Assembly: GCA_951406725.2 (NCBI GenBank)
Contig: OX597826.1
Coordinates: 53,754,001 to 53,818,000 of the forward strand
Direction: 5' to 3'
From: Octopus vulgaris
Lineage: Eukaryota
Length of the DNA: 64,000 bases
Positions 63,440-64,000 of this stretch are shown here, piece by piece (the first letter of the stretch is position 1; every line of letters starts with the position of its first letter). A program made the translations under genes and the position numbers. A model generated the notes under the pieces. It was not told the origin of the DNA. It was given only the letters and a program-made list of their open reading frames with translations, and did not search any database.

Positions 63440-63928
63440 AAGACCTGCCAAACCAAGTGAGATTGTAGCCATGGTTGATGCATAAACAGCACCCCTCAAA
63501 TGTTGGGTGATACACCATGCTTGAGAAGAACTGTCAAGCCAAGTGAAATCATATTTGCGGCTGACGCCAGTGTTGTATCACTGGCACCTATGCCAGTGGT
63601 ATGTAAAAAGCATCGTTCGAATATTGGGCCTCAGAGAGGGAGTGACAGGTGACCAAGACCTTTGGCAATATACTGTGCTATGAGATTGTAGTTGTGGCAG
63701 ATGCTGGCATTACATAAATGGTACCCATGCTGGTGGCATGTAAAAAGCACCCACTACACTTTTGGAGTGGTTGGCATTAGGAAGGGCATACAGCCATAGA
63801 AACCATACCAAATAAAATTGGAACCTGGTGCAGTACCCCAGCTTATGAGTTTTCAGTCAAACTGTTCAACCCATGCCAGCATGAAAAACAGATGTTAAAT
63901 GACGATGATAATGATGATGATGATGATG
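63440..63928 (+). mobile_element. Family C retroposon, longer degenerate copy
   Basis: Repeated CCAAGTGAGATTGTAG and GTAAAAAGCA units, then GTGGTTGGCATTAGGAAGGGCAT...(GAT)n. Confidence 0.8.
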
Positions 63929-64000
63929 AGACTGAATCAAAAAAGATCTGAGTGGGAAGATTTCAAAAGGAGAGAAACACATAACATTAATTATAGAAGT

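Overview
AT-rich, repeat-saturated eukaryotic non-coding DNA (gene desert or large intron). The repeat content is most consistent with an octopod cephalopod (Octopus-like); this is recognition from memory, not a search result. No intact host protein-coding gene, rRNA, genuine tRNA or CRISPR array is supported. Almost all listed ORFs are microsatellite or SINE read-through artefacts. The window contains (TA)n/(CA)n/(AAT)n/(GAT)n microsatellites, five recurring SINE-type families (labelled A-E here), three mariner relics, piggyBac-, hAT- and Helentron-type MITEs, decayed RTE, CR1/Jockey and Dong/R4 LINE fragments, and Gypsy LTR relics. The most notable signal is a set of mutually dissimilar short elements carrying type-I hammerhead-ribozyme motifs (best at 58956-59031 minus; twin copies at 41078-41122 minus and 41260-41304 plus). 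These are mostly embedded in (TA)n tracts and some form long inverted repeats, as expected for Penelope-like pseudo-LTR remnants. Also notable are a stack of different Dong/R4 3' ends in (AAT)n and a two-left-end foldback mariner. Coordinates were read by eye, and boundaries of degenerate repeats are approximate.
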